DNA of 59,808 nucleotides, filler included. It is 4 parts of 4 records of this genome, joined end to end, with 100 filler letters (N's around TTAATTAATTAA, not from the genome) between each part and the next. Parts side by side here need not be neighbours in the genome. Positions count along the whole stretch, not along the records: positions 32,694 to 45,636 come from SRR22947727_4361; positions 45,737 to 59,808 come from SRR22947727_4367; 2 more parts are not named here. One strand, given 5' to 3'. The position numbers were made by a program, and so were the translations under genes. Under the pieces are notes generated by a model. That model was not told the DNA's origin, ran no database searches, and saw only the letters and a list, made by a program, of their open reading frames with translations. Positions 39,383-48,632 of this stretch are shown in pieces. Positions within the stretch are counted from its first letter, which is position 1; each line of letters begins with the position of its first letter.

Positions 39383-39791
39383 CAGAGCAATCAAACAGGA
39401 ACAATAAATAACCCATTCTGAGCAGCAATCTAATTAGGTCATTAGCAATAAGGCAACATACAACTCAAGCAGACTAAGTAGGATCTGTATTAAAGCCTAT
39501 GAGATATCAATCGATATCAAATAATTGACAATGGAGGGGAATTTCAGAGAAAATGTTGTTATTCGTACGTCGTCGATGGACACTCAATCGATTTTGACCA
39601 TCGCAACACCATTTTTGGTATTTGGTGCTTTGTTGGCAGTCCTCATATTGGTTTGGGATCGGTGAATCATTTATACGCTGGAATGTTTTGGACCCCCTAT
39701 GCCGACTGGATCTATACGGTCATGAGCTTGGGAGGAGTCCTTTTGATTTGTTGGTTGGTACTTGGTCGATCACCCAAGTCGTGATCGAGGA

Positions 39792-40160
39792 CTATTCAGC
39801 AGCGATACTGTCCATAACGGGCTCAAGCAGTGCATCACGGGCATTATTAAAGCGCGTCATCATCTCGGGATCACCGCCTTTATCGGGATGATGTTGAACA
39901 GCAAGCGATTTATGAGCTTGTTTGACCTTCGCCACACTTAAGCGACCTGTCAATGGCAAACCAAGACTCTGACGAGCCTTGATGGCATCAATATCGGGAT
40001 CGCGACCTAGTGGGCACTGCTCTCGCCGATGGTTCGATTTACCGGGCTTACGCCTCGCCTTTGAGGCCTTGGACCGCTTGGTGGTTGAAGCGCCAAACCC
40101 ACCCGCTCCACTGTCGCTGCTAGTCACACGTTTGTTGGTCACCGACTGATGAGACTGCAA
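39792..40160 (-). CDS. Small J-domain (DnaJ-like) protein
   Basis: VKQAHKSLAVQHHPDKGGDPEMMTRFNNARDAL (HPD motif). Confidence 0.88.
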   Translation of the reverse strand: MQSHQSVTNKRVTSSDSGAGGFGASTTKRSKASKARRKPGKSNHRREQCPLGRDPDIDAIKARQSLGLPLTGRLSVAKVKQAHKSLAVQHHPDKGGDPEMMTRFNNARDALLEPVMDSIAAE

Positions 40161-40355
40161 TGTCCCCTCACAATGCCTGAGCGCCTGACAGAAAAGACAA
40201 AAGCAATGTCATGGGCATCGCCGTGGAATGGTCACAACCTCGCCTCGTGGCAACAGACCGATGCAATGGAGCCAAAGCAACAGGCTGGGTTTGTCAATTT
40301 TGCAAGGTATGAAGGATCAACCAAGCAAAAAAATAATTAAATCCAACTGAGATCA

Positions 40356-40559
40356 TTAATGGCATACAGCCCGAGAATCATGAATCAATGCACATTGGGG
40401 TGATTGAATTAATTCATATCCCCGTCGTATACGGCTGCTAGTGGGCTCAAGAATCGTACTGAAATACTGAGTCTCAGATAATGCTTCTAGCACCACATGC
40501 TGACCGATTATGACAATTCGAAAATGCCATGGAAGAAGACCAGGAAGGGTGAACGGCAT
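40356..40559 (-). CDS. Hypothetical small protein; start may extend to 40619
   Basis: MPFTLPGLLPWHFRIVIIGQHVVLEA...; non-overlapping ORF. Confidence 0.55.
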   Translation of the reverse strand: MPFTLPGLLPWHFRIVIIGQHVVLEALSETQYFSTILEPTSSRIRRGYELIQSPQCALIHDSRAVCH

Positions 40560-40844
40560 GGACTGGCAGCGAACTCGTAAATGCACATTGCCAAATAAAT
40601 CAAAGGAGTCCATCCCCATCCTTCACAATCATCGATACAAAACCTGTAACTCAACCAAAATCAAGAATACTTAAGTATAAATACTTTCAAATCCGCTGCG
40701 ATAACGCTTCCCTACAGACAAGAATAAAAGCGAACAAAACGAATATGTATCGTTGGAGTCGGAAAACAGGAGCGAAAGAAACCACCAAGAGCCCCCATCC
40801 GAAAAGAGCTAAAGTTGATTATCAAAAACCAGATCACTAAGAAC

Positions 40845-41321
40845 ATGAACGAGTACGTTGCCGAGTATCCAAGACCACCAAGGATTGAACTGATCTCAGG
40901 TTCAGTAGCGATTTATATTCAAGACGAGATTATCGCTAGAGATTGTGAATATATCAGAGTTTGTGAGACTTATCATCCTCCAAGCATCTACATCAAACCT
41001 TCAGCCTTCACGGAAGGTACTTTTCGTCAGACTACAGGGCAACGATCATTTTGTGAATGGAAAGGTCTTGCAACTTATTGGGATCTCTCAAGATCCAATG
41101 GAGACAGCATTCGACAAAAAGCTGGCTGGAGTTACGCCAATCCAGATGATCGATATACATCTTTAAAAGACTGGATCAGCATCTACCCAAGATGTGTCGA
41201 CAAATGTTATTTGGAGGGAGAAAAGGTTGTTGCTCAACCAGGAACATTTTACGGCGGATGGATTACAAGCTGGATCAATGGGCCATTTAAGGGAGATCCA
41301 AAGCATCCAGAATTAATGTGA
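40845..41321 (+). CDS. DUF427-domain protein
   Basis: YPRPP, ETYHPP, SFCEWKGLATYW, WSY, FYGGWIT...GPFKG; start uncertain (40815/40845). Confidence 0.88.
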   Translation: MNEYVAEYPRPPRIELISGSVAIYIQDEIIARDCEYIRVCETYHPPSIYIKPSAFTEGTFRQTTGQRSFCEWKGLATYWDLSRSNGDSIRQKAGWSYANPDDRYTSLKDWISIYPRCVDKCYLEGEKVVAQPGTFYGGWITSWINGPFKGDPKHPELM

Positions 41322-41331
41322 TTGCAAAAAA

Positions 41332-41460
41332 TCAACGAAGAACGAAATCGATGACAGAGCTAAAGTTCATTCCACCTTTGACGTATCCCGAAACGACTAA
41401 AGCAATGACCCCCGCATTCAGGGCCAAAAAAGCAATGCTGAGTTTGATTTCATCTTTCAT
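41332..41460 (-). CDS. Small single-TM hypothetical protein (42 aa)
   Basis: MKDEIKLSIAFLALNAGVIALVVSGYVKGGMNFSSVIDFVLR: hydrophobic helix. Confidence 0.55.
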   Translation of the reverse strand: MKDEIKLSIAFLALNAGVIALVVSGYVKGGMNFSSVIDFVLR

Positions 41461-41594
41461 CAATTGATCATCGCTAACGGATAAGAGCTTCCGTGAGCTC
41501 AAAAAAGGGTGAAATGATAAAGAATGTAATCTCGACTCCCAGGGTTCATCAAAACGAAGCCCCACTCTTGGTCAGTCAGCAAAACCACGCATCA

Positions 41595-42032
41595 CTAATG
41601 GGGTTTGTCGAGCGCGTTGGGGGAGTCGAGCCAACCATCGTCAATGGCTTCTAGCCAGTGGGTCATGGTGGCAATCGCTAATTTTCGAGCCGATGCAAGG
41701 CCTGGCCAAAACAGGAGGGTGAGCAACGTACCGCCAGTTGACGGGTCTGACACTTCAGCAGCTTCAATACGCCGCGTTTCGGGATCAAACAACAGATGGA
41801 GGTGCGCATCTGATGTTTCGCTGAGTTCGACCACCATGGCAAGGTGTTGCATCTGAATCATGGCTGTTGGCTGCAGCTGATCGTCAAACAATTGATGGTC
41901 TACGGGATCGTCAACCCACCAGCTTCCATTAGGGCATTTGCGTACTTCACCTTCAATCCAGTCAATTTTTACTCCACCTGATAAAACAAGCTGATTTAAG
42001 ACGTTGTCGATGGTTTCGATCATCCCAGACAT
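41595..42032 (-). CDS. Hypothetical protein (145 aa)
   Basis: Longest ORF in the interval; ATG start; no recognised motif. Confidence 0.6.
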   Translation of the reverse strand: MSGMIETIDNVLNQLVLSGGVKIDWIEGEVRKCPNGSWWVDDPVDHQLFDDQLQPTAMIQMQHLAMVVELSETSDAHLHLLFDPETRRIEAAEVSDPSTGGTLLTLLFWPGLASARKLAIATMTHWLEAIDDGWLDSPNALDKPH

Positions 42033-42346
42033 CGATCAATATTGGAGACTCTAATGAGCTTGAAGCCAATTAGCACTTGATTATTCGCCGTGGAATCCGC
42101 CCCAGGACGATAAGCATTGCAATCCGACGAGCGATGAGAATGCGGTTCTCCGTACACCTGCGCTATTCAGCCAAGCCACTCGATTGATTAGAAAAGATAG
42201 ATGGAGTTATTTCTCATCATGACCTGGGCGTTTATCGCATGGGTTTTAAAAACACAAAATCCGTTCAAGAATTAAATTTGAATCTGTCAAACCATCGCCT
42301 CAAAACTACACCAAAATTCTCAGACAATGTGAATTGCATACATCAA

Positions 42347-42544
42347 CTAAGAGCGATCAGACATCTGCTTGCGCAGATTCCTTAAAAGCAAACACATCTC
42401 AAGATTCTCGGCTTCAAAATCACAGACATGCTCTAAAAGATTGCCATACCAGTCACCATAATCTGAAGCTTGTGAGCACAGCTGTGAATCGCTATTCACT
42501 AGTTCCAGAATACGAAGAGCCGCCGAATAGATTTCATAATTCAT
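42347..42544 (-). CDS. Hypothetical small protein (65 aa)
   Basis: ATG ORF with amphipathic helical pattern. Confidence 0.5.
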   Translation of the reverse strand: MNYEIYSAALRILELVNSDSQLCSQASDYGDWYGNLLEHVCDFEAENLEMCLLLRNLRKQMSDRS

Positions 42545-42645
42545 TGTTTGATCCTAACTAGCACTTGATCCCTTGGCAATCAGACCCATTTTGAGCATTC
42601 AGCCAGCAGGTCGGTAGGCTCAACATTCTTGTGATCTATACCAAC

Positions 42646-42861
42646 ATGAGTAAGCGAACGCAGGAATCGTCTCAAACTTCAATCCAACGGTCAAAGTTAT
42701 CAACACTTCTCATAGCTATTCTCTGTCTGGGGCTAGGAGCGTGCGGCACATACGAACCAAACTCCGACGATAATGCACCGGGATTTCAACCAACAAACTC
42801 GATGGATTCCAACAGATTAACTGACGAATTCAATCTCGAGCTAGGAGAAGGCGAATCGTAA
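42646..42861 (+). CDS. Putative small lipoprotein
   Basis: LLIAILCLGLGAC lipobox followed by a polar tail. Confidence 0.55.
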   Translation: MSKRTQESSQTSIQRSKLSTLLIAILCLGLGACGTYEPNSDDNAPGFQPTNSMDSNRLTDEFNLELGEGES

Positions 42862-42888
42862 ATTCCACGTCCCAAACTGGCCGTCGTT

Positions 42889-43188
42889 TTAAGATAATGA
42901 AATCGATTTTAAAAATTTTGAATACTGAACTGGAGTTGGGATCTCTCGACCCTCAAAAATACATTCACAATACATTTCTATTGCATCTTCAACAACAGCA
43001 GAAAGACTGAAATTGTCTTCTCCACGTTGTTGCGCGTCATAGCGCAAAGCAGCAATCTTCTCGGACGTGTTTCGATCAATTTGGAGTCTTACCGACGAGT
43101 AGTGTGCAGCGGGATTTAAATCTCTCGATTGTGCAGATTTAATTTTAGACTTTTTAGAAGACAAAGAATTTCTAGAAGAATTAATCAT
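42889..43188 (-). CDS. Hypothetical protein, possible ribbon-helix-helix DNA-binding domain
   Basis: SVRLQIDRNTSEKIAAL...SLSAVVEDAIEMY resembles the RHH strand-helix-helix pattern. Confidence 0.5.
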   Translation of the reverse strand: MINSSRNSLSSKKSKIKSAQSRDLNPAAHYSSVRLQIDRNTSEKIAALRYDAQQRGEDNFSLSAVVEDAIEMYCECIFEGREIPTPVQYSKFLKSISLS

Positions 43189-43283
43189 ATTTTGAATGAT
43201 TGATGATATTTCAACAACCCAATGCCAACGAATCAATGGCAGTTAAAGCCTAAGGAAATTCACCAGAGAGTCCAAAAAGCCGA

Positions 43284-43937
43284 CTACCTGGATTTCGTAG
43301 CAATAACTGCGAAAAATGGATCACCTTTTCCACCAAACAGCCCCATCACGCCATCCGATCGGGTGTCTTCAGCAATGATTTCAGGATTCATCCAGCCTTG
43401 GGCCTTCAACACAGAAGACACATAAGTGAGATGATCGCCATTGTCACCATCAGTCCAAACTTGAGGAGCCTTAGTAAAAAACATCCGGTTTGAGAAAGCG
43501 ACAATCACCTGTCCCATTGGCCGAGTGATCCGTAGAAGCTCGGCAGCGATAGCCTCAGGCTGCTGTAAATATTGCCATCCAGCAACGATTAAAGTTACAT
43601 CAATACTTGAATCTAACAAGGGTAAAGCTTGATCTCTATTTAAGTTTTGGACCCAATTCCTATCGAGCCGTGGGTTGGTGTTGAGCTCATCAGCGTTTAA
43701 TCCATGCCCAATGACTTCGTCATAGATCACATCATCCGGGAGATGGCTGACCCAGCTACTCATCAGATCGAGAACCACAGCACATGGCGGGATCTTTTGA
43801 CGATAGAGAGTTGTTAAACGCTCTCTAAAAGGGGCATCTAAATGATGAACAAAACGCGGCTCATTATAAAAAATAGCATCATCACTGCGATCAAGTTTGA
43901 ACCGCTGAGACTCTTCAAGTACCCGAACAACAGTCAT
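43284..43937 (-). CDS. Class I SAM-dependent methyltransferase-like protein
   Basis: FYNEPRFVHHLD, VLDLMSSWVSHLP, GHGLN, QYLQQP, FSNRMF.TKA. Confidence 0.88.
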   Translation of the reverse strand: MTVVRVLEESQRFKLDRSDDAIFYNEPRFVHHLDAPFRERLTTLYRQKIPPCAVVLDLMSSWVSHLPDDVIYDEVIGHGLNADELNTNPRLDRNWVQNLNRDQALPLLDSSIDVTLIVAGWQYLQQPEAIAAELLRITRPMGQVIVAFSNRMFFTKAPQVWTDGDNGDHLTYVSSVLKAQGWMNPEIIAEDTRSDGVMGLFGGKGDPFFAVIATKSR

Positions 43938-43940
43938 CGA

Positions 43941-44162
43941 TCAACCGAGGTCGAGGTACCAGCGGACGACTCCGGTGAGCTGTCCAACAATTCCATATCC
44001 CGTGACTCGTTCAACAAGAATTGCAGCCATGAAACCCAGCATTGCCGCCCGCCCATTGAGAAGCTCAACCTCGGCAAGGGCTGAACGATTCCACGGACGA
44101 GCAGTGGTTAAGGATTCGCCGAACCGTTCTGGCGTCTCGTACTTAAAGGCTTGACGGGTCAT
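43941..44162 (-). CDS. hli: High-light-inducible protein (Hlip, one-helix chlorophyll a/b-binding family)
   Basis: ELLNGRAAMLGF motif followed by a TM helix. Confidence 0.9.
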   Translation of the reverse strand: MTRQAFKYETPERFGESLTTARPWNRSALAEVELLNGRAAMLGFMAAILVERVTGYGIVGQLTGVVRWYLDLG

Positions 44163-44587
44163 GGGAGAGAGCACATCCACGCGACCTTAACGGGCGTATC
44201 TGGTCGACTGGGATATGCACTCCATTTCCCGACCGAATCCAGGCGATCCATCCGTCCTGCATCGCAAACCACTCGCATCGGGATCACCTTGGCTGTCCAC
44301 TCCGACTGATCAGCACGTCGCAGCAACAGACCGGCTTCAATATCAACAACAACACCGTTCGATTCGGTGATTGCGGAACGCGGTGATCGCAAGTATTCAG
44401 CCGCCTGCAGCTGTGGACTGGACATGGCATCGACAAACGTCCAACCCTCACCAGGGAGATGCGTCTGACGCAAGCGGCTCCAAATAAGGGGTTCAGGCTC
44501 GGGCTGCCAGTTGGCACGCACGGGGCAGGAGATCAGAGCGACCAACCCACTCAAACAACACAGAACGATGGATCGACACGCCAACAT
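44159..44587 (-). CDS. Hypothetical secreted protein
   Basis: Signal-like MLACRSIVLCCLSGLVALISCPVRA; stop overlaps the hli start (ATGA). Confidence 0.6.
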   Translation of the reverse strand: MLACRSIVLCCLSGLVALISCPVRANWQPEPEPLIWSRLRQTHLPGEGWTFVDAMSSPQLQAAEYLRSPRSAITESNGVVVDIEAGLLLRRADQSEWTAKVIPMRVVCDAGRMDRLDSVGKWSAYPSRPDTPVKVAWMCSLP

Positions 44588-44633
44588 GGGAGACCTGACT
44601 GGTTGAGAGACGCTGACACAGACACGAAGCAGC

Positions 44634-45143
44634 TTGATCGATCTGCTGCGAGACCACCCGAGCTCAGAGAAGATTTTCGCGCTTGTGCAGCAACTTGAGA
44701 CGGAACACCCTGCCGACCTCTCCAATCAACTCAATGAATTGACTGGAACATGGGAGCTGCGTTGGAGTAGCTCGAGTCAACCGTGGTTGAAACAATCACC
44801 AGGGCTTCTCAACCTACAAATCCTTGACCCCAACCAAGGCCGTGGACGCAACATTCTTCAATTGGGTGGTCCACTCGGACAACTTGCAGGAATCCAGGTG
44901 GATGCGGACATCAGCGTTGTTAGTCAACAACGGGTGAATGTGAGCTTCAAACGGGGTGGATGGGCTGGACCAACCGTTGCAGGACGCAAACTTCAGCTCT
45001 TGCGCTCCATTGAGCAAAGTTTCCCAGCTTGGCTTGATATCACTGTTCTGGATGATGCTTTACGGATCTGTCGTGGCAATGCTGGAACCATTTTCGCCTT
45101 AGTAAAAAGACCCGACATTCGCCTTCCAGATTGGACTCTGTAG
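44634..45143 (+). CDS. PAP/fibrillin family protein
   Basis: LTGTWELRWSS, WLDITVLDDALRICRGNAGTIFAL. Confidence 0.88.
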   Translation: MIDLLRDHPSSEKIFALVQQLETEHPADLSNQLNELTGTWELRWSSSSQPWLKQSPGLLNLQILDPNQGRGRNILQLGGPLGQLAGIQVDADISVVSQQRVNVSFKRGGWAGPTVAGRKLQLLRSIEQSFPAWLDITVLDDALRICRGNAGTIFALVKRPDIRLPDWTL

Positions 45144-45245
45144 CTCACAGCAATCACATGCGTTTGACCAAGCGAAGACGGCGTTGATGGACAAACCGGC
45201 AGCGAATTGCCAAAACGTTGGCATCCATCTGGGATTGAATTTCTG

Positions 45246-45251
45246 TATGAT
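45246..45251 (+). promoter_or_regulatory. Putative -10 box for the riboswitch-leader transcript
   Basis: TATGAT about 7 nt upstream of the riboswitch P1. Confidence 0.5.
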
Positions 45252-45257
45252 TAACCT

Positions 45258-45317
45258 ACGTTGAACCGACAGCTGTCGGTTGCAGTTAGAGCCAGGTCAC
45301 GCAACGGGGTCCTGGTC
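45258..45317 (+). ncRNA. Glutamine-II (Downstream-peptide) riboswitch
   Basis: P1 CGTTG/CAACG, P2 AACCGAC-agct-GTCGGTT, GCAGTTAGAG linker, pseudoknot CCAGG/CCTGG after GGG; sits upstream of a YRG peptide in a cyanobacterial contig. Confidence 0.8.
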
Positions 45318-45332
45318 GCTGTGGAGACATGT

Positions 45333-45512
45333 ATGTCACCTCTCGCCCTTGCTCAGCGCATCCAAAAGCGCAAGCATCGCCTCAATGAGGCTCAAATGGC
45401 ACATCTACGCCAAACCGCTTATCGCGGTGTTAATACCACCGCCCATCAAGCGCCAACACGTCAGTTCGAACAAACGATTATCGTTCAGCGCGGTATTTCG
45501 TACATCAACTGA
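45333..45512 (+). CDS. Small basic YRG-motif protein (DUF4278-like)
   Basis: 59 aa with AYRGV and VQRGISY motifs; GGAG RBS; downstream of the Gln-II riboswitch. Confidence 0.8.
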   Translation: MSPLALAQRIQKRKHRLNEAQMAHLRQTAYRGVNTTAHQAPTRQFEQTIIVQRGISYIN

Positions 45513-45520
45513 TTCAGATC

Positions 45521-45546
45521 AAAAGCCCCATCGGGGCTTTTTTTTT
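45521..45546 (+). terminator. Rho-independent terminator
   Basis: aaaagcccc-atc-ggggctttt + T tract. Confidence 0.85.
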
Positions 45547-45636
45547 GAACATCATTGAACGGATACCGCTTTTAAAGAAGACTTGGAATAACGGTGAAGC
45601 TTGAACAAAGGAGGCCGCCCCTCCCATATGGAAGAG

Positions 45637-45736
45637 NNNNNNNNNNNNNNNNNNNNNNNNNNNNNNNNNNNNNNNNNNNNTTAATTAATTAANNNNNNNN
45701 NNNNNNNNNNNNNNNNNNNNNNNNNNNNNNNNNNNN
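45637..45736. other. Artificial contig linker
   Basis: N44-TTAATTAATTAA-N44. Confidence 0.98.
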
Positions 45737-46237
45737 TGGAAGGGTAGAAAGTCTGCGTTCCCTGCGGTGGGGCGACTGTCTCCAGATTATATTTGCATGG
45801 ACGGCACCATTCCTCGGCATCAGTTGGCGCATGTGCTGACGCAAATTGACGAGTTATCTGAGCGTTTTGGTCTGGCGGTAGCCAATGTCTTTCACGCAGC
45901 AGATGGCAATTTGCATCCGTTAATTTTGTTTGATGCCAACGTGCCGGGACAAACCGACCACGCTATGGCAATGGGCGGTGAAATTTTGCAGTGCTGTGTG
46001 GCCGCCGGTGGCACAGTGACTGGGGAACACGGTATTGGTGTTGAGAAGCTGGACACCATGTGTGTGCAATTCACCAGTGACGAGTTGGACCAGTTCTTTC
46101 GTATTAAAGACGCCATGGATCCCAGTGGCGTTTTAAATCCCGGTAAGGGTATTCCTACGCTGACCCGCTGTGGTGAGTTGGGCGGCATGCACGTGCATAA
46201 AGGCCGCCTGCCGTTTCCTGAGTTGGAACGTTTCTGA
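45737..46237 (+). CDS. glcD: Glycolate oxidase subunit GlcD (5' truncated)
   Basis: WKGRKSAFPAVGRLSPDY.CMDGTIP, FHAADGNLHP, GEHGIG, LNPGK; precedes glcE/glcF. Confidence 0.93.
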   Translation, partial: WKGRKSAFPAVGRLSPDYICMDGTIPRHQLAHVLTQIDELSERFGLAVANVFHAADGNLHPLILFDANVPGQTDHAMAMGGEILQCCVAAGGTVTGEHGIGVEKLDTMCVQFTSDELDQFFRIKDAMDPSGVLNPGKGIPTLTRCGELGGMHVHKGRLPFPELERF

Positions 46238-47406
46238 TGGCTGCAGATTTAAGTGCGCAGATGATAAGCAGTGTTAAAGACGCGTACGCCAGTGGGCAAA
46301 GTCTGGTCATCAGCGGGCAGGGCAGTAAGGGCGCTTGGTTACCCGACCCGGAGATGAGTGCCGGTGGCACGCTGGACGTAACAGGCCACAGCGGCATTCA
46401 AGCTTATCAGCCAGAAGAATTAGTGATCACCGCACGGGCAGGTACATCTCTAGAAGAAATTAATGCAGTGCTTGCGGCAGAAGGCCAGATGCTTGCCTGC
46501 GACCCCCCCAGATTTCAACCAACCCAAACAGATGGGGTGGTCGGCGATAATGCAAGCGGCACCTTGGGCGGTGTTGTCGCTACCGGTTTAAGCGGTCCCG
46601 GACGTCCATGGAGTGGCGCTGTGCGTGACGCTATTTTGGGTGTTGAGCTGGTCAATGGTAAAGGCGAGTACCTTAAGTTTGGCGGTCAGGTGATGAAGAA
46701 TGTGGCTGGCTACGATGTGTCACGTTTGCAGGCCGGTGCTTGGGGCAACCTTGGCGTATTGGCCAGCATCAGCATTCGCGTGCACCCCACATGGCAAGAT
46801 CAATGTACGCTGATTTTCCAACTGTCTGCCGAGCAAGCACAACAAAAATGTTTGCTTTTGGCGCAGCAAAATTTACCGTTACAGGGTACTTGTTGGCACG
46901 ACGGTGTTTTGTCATTGCGCTTAGGTGGTCATGCCAGTGGCGTGGCAGGTGCAAAACTGGCCTTAAGCGGCGAGGTGATGCAAGGGGGTACGGATCTAGA
47001 GTTTTGGGCAAACCTGCGTGACCACAAAGCAGATTTTTTTCAGCAAGAGCTTTTTCCGCAAACGCTAGGGATTAAGAAAATTTGGCGCTTAGTGGTACCC
47101 AGTGCTGCGCCGTTGCCGGGCAATTGGCTTAGCGCGGACGACTTGCTTATTGAGTGGGGGGGCGGCTTGCGCTGGCTGCGCCACGATGATGATGCGGCAG
47201 TAGTAGCCTACGTCAAGAGTGTGGGTGGGTGGTGTTGGGCTAAGGGTGAGCAAATGCCAATTGACGTTGTGCAGGCCCGTTATATGAATGAACTGAAACG
47301 CGCCTTCGACCCAAAGAATATTTTTCTCAGTCCTATGGTTCTAAATCAGAGCCTGCATTCAAATCAACAACCAAACCTGCAAGAGCGTCAGCAACATGCA
47401 GACTAA
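46237..47406 (+). CDS. glcE: Glycolate oxidase subunit GlcE
   Basis: YQPEELVITARAGT, SGPGRP, FGGQVMKNVAGYDVSRL, IEWGG, FDP. Confidence 0.93.
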   Translation: MAADLSAQMISSVKDAYASGQSLVISGQGSKGAWLPDPEMSAGGTLDVTGHSGIQAYQPEELVITARAGTSLEEINAVLAAEGQMLACDPPRFQPTQTDGVVGDNASGTLGGVVATGLSGPGRPWSGAVRDAILGVELVNGKGEYLKFGGQVMKNVAGYDVSRLQAGAWGNLGVLASISIRVHPTWQDQCTLIFQLSAEQAQQKCLLLAQQNLPLQGTCWHDGVLSLRLGGHASGVAGAKLALSGEVMQGGTDLEFWANLRDHKADFFQQELFPQTLGIKKIWRLVVPSAAPLPGNWLSADDLLIEWGGGLRWLRHDDDAAVVAYVKSVGGWCWAKGEQMPIDVVQARYMNELKRAFDPKNIFLSPMVLNQSLHSNQQPNLQERQQHAD

Positions 47407-48601
47407 TTTGCCCCTAGAATTTATTGCCACCAGTCGCGGTCAGCGTGCGGACGAAATTCTACGTAGCTGTGTGCATTGCGGCTTTTGTAATGCCACCTGC
47501 CCAACCTATCAACTTTCTGGCGATGAGTTAGATGGGCCTCGGGGGCGTATTTACCTTATTAAAGAACTGTTAGAAGAGGGGACTAATAAAGCCAGAGCTA
47601 CCCAGCATCTAGACCGCTGTTTAACTTGCCGAGCCTGTGAAACGACTTGCCCCTCCGGTGTGGCCTACGGCGAACTGGCTGAAATTGCTCGAGAAGAACT
47701 AGGTCCAACGCGACCCGGTGTTATCGGTTTGACGCGTTTATTTTTGCAGTGGCTTATTCCTAACCATCGCATATTGCGCACTATGTCCTATGTGGGTCGT
47801 TACCTTAAGTGGCTGCTGCCCAAACCTTTAGCCAGCCAAGTACCGAGCAAGATCAGTAAGACGCTTGGTAGTCAGCCCAGTCAAAATGTTCATGCGCGTA
47901 AAATTTTATTGCTGCAGGGTTGCGCGCAACAAGTTACCACTGGCGACGTGAATAAAGGTTTGGTGTCGCTGTTAGATGCACATGGCATTGGTGTGGTCAC
48001 CGCGCCTGAAGAGGGCTGCTGTGGTTCTCTTGATTTACACCTGGGTGATTCAACAAAAGCGAATGCGGCGATACAACGTAATGTGGATGCTTTGTTTCCC
48101 CTTCTTGATGGAGGAGTGGAAGGCATTATTTCCACCGCCTCTGGCTGTGGTGTCACAGTGAAGGATTACGCTCGGATATTGGCGGACGACCCTAAGTACG
48201 CCGATAGGGCTAAAGTACTTTCGGCTAAAACCTATGACATTAGCGAATATTTAAGCCAAGCCAATTTGCCATTAACGGCAAAGCAGCCGGGCCAAGCCAT
48301 TGCATGGCATCCGCCTTGTAGTTTGCAGCATGGGCAAAAGATCACCGGCGTGGTTGAAAGCTTATTGGAAAATGCTGGGTACACATTAGTACCCGTAGCG
48401 GATAGTCACTTGTGCTGTGGCTCTGCAGGCACTTATTCGGTGTTGCAATATGAGCGTGGCGAAGCCTTGAAACAGCTCAAGCTAGAAAACTTACTGGCGG
48501 CGGATCCACAAGTTATTGTGACCGCCAATGTAGGCTGCCAAAGCCATCTGGCTACGGGTACGTCTCGTCCGGTATTGCACTGGATCGAAATGCTTAAGTA
48601 A
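47396..48601 (+). CDS. glcF: Glycolate oxidase iron-sulfur subunit GlcF
   Basis: CVHCGFCNATCP, CLTCRACETTCPSG, two CCG domains. Confidence 0.95.
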   Translation: MQTNLPLEFIATSRGQRADEILRSCVHCGFCNATCPTYQLSGDELDGPRGRIYLIKELLEEGTNKARATQHLDRCLTCRACETTCPSGVAYGELAEIAREELGPTRPGVIGLTRLFLQWLIPNHRILRTMSYVGRYLKWLLPKPLASQVPSKISKTLGSQPSQNVHARKILLLQGCAQQVTTGDVNKGLVSLLDAHGIGVVTAPEEGCCGSLDLHLGDSTKANAAIQRNVDALFPLLDGGVEGIISTASGCGVTVKDYARILADDPKYADRAKVLSAKTYDISEYLSQANLPLTAKQPGQAIAWHPPCSLQHGQKITGVVESLLENAGYTLVPVADSHLCCGSAGTYSVLQYERGEALKQLKLENLLAADPQVIVTANVGCQSHLATGTSRPVLHWIEMLK

Positions 48602-48632
48602 TTTAGTCTCTGGGTTCAATACATCTGAGGGG

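Noticed and set aside
40748..40800. Glutamine-I (glnA) riboswitch-like ATCGTTGG…CGGAA…GCGAAAG
   Set aside because: The closing CAACG/GAACG strand and the GAAGTA E-loop are missing.
45245..45259. NtcA site over the riboswitch promoter
   Set aside because: Spacing is GTA-N9-TAC, not the canonical N8.
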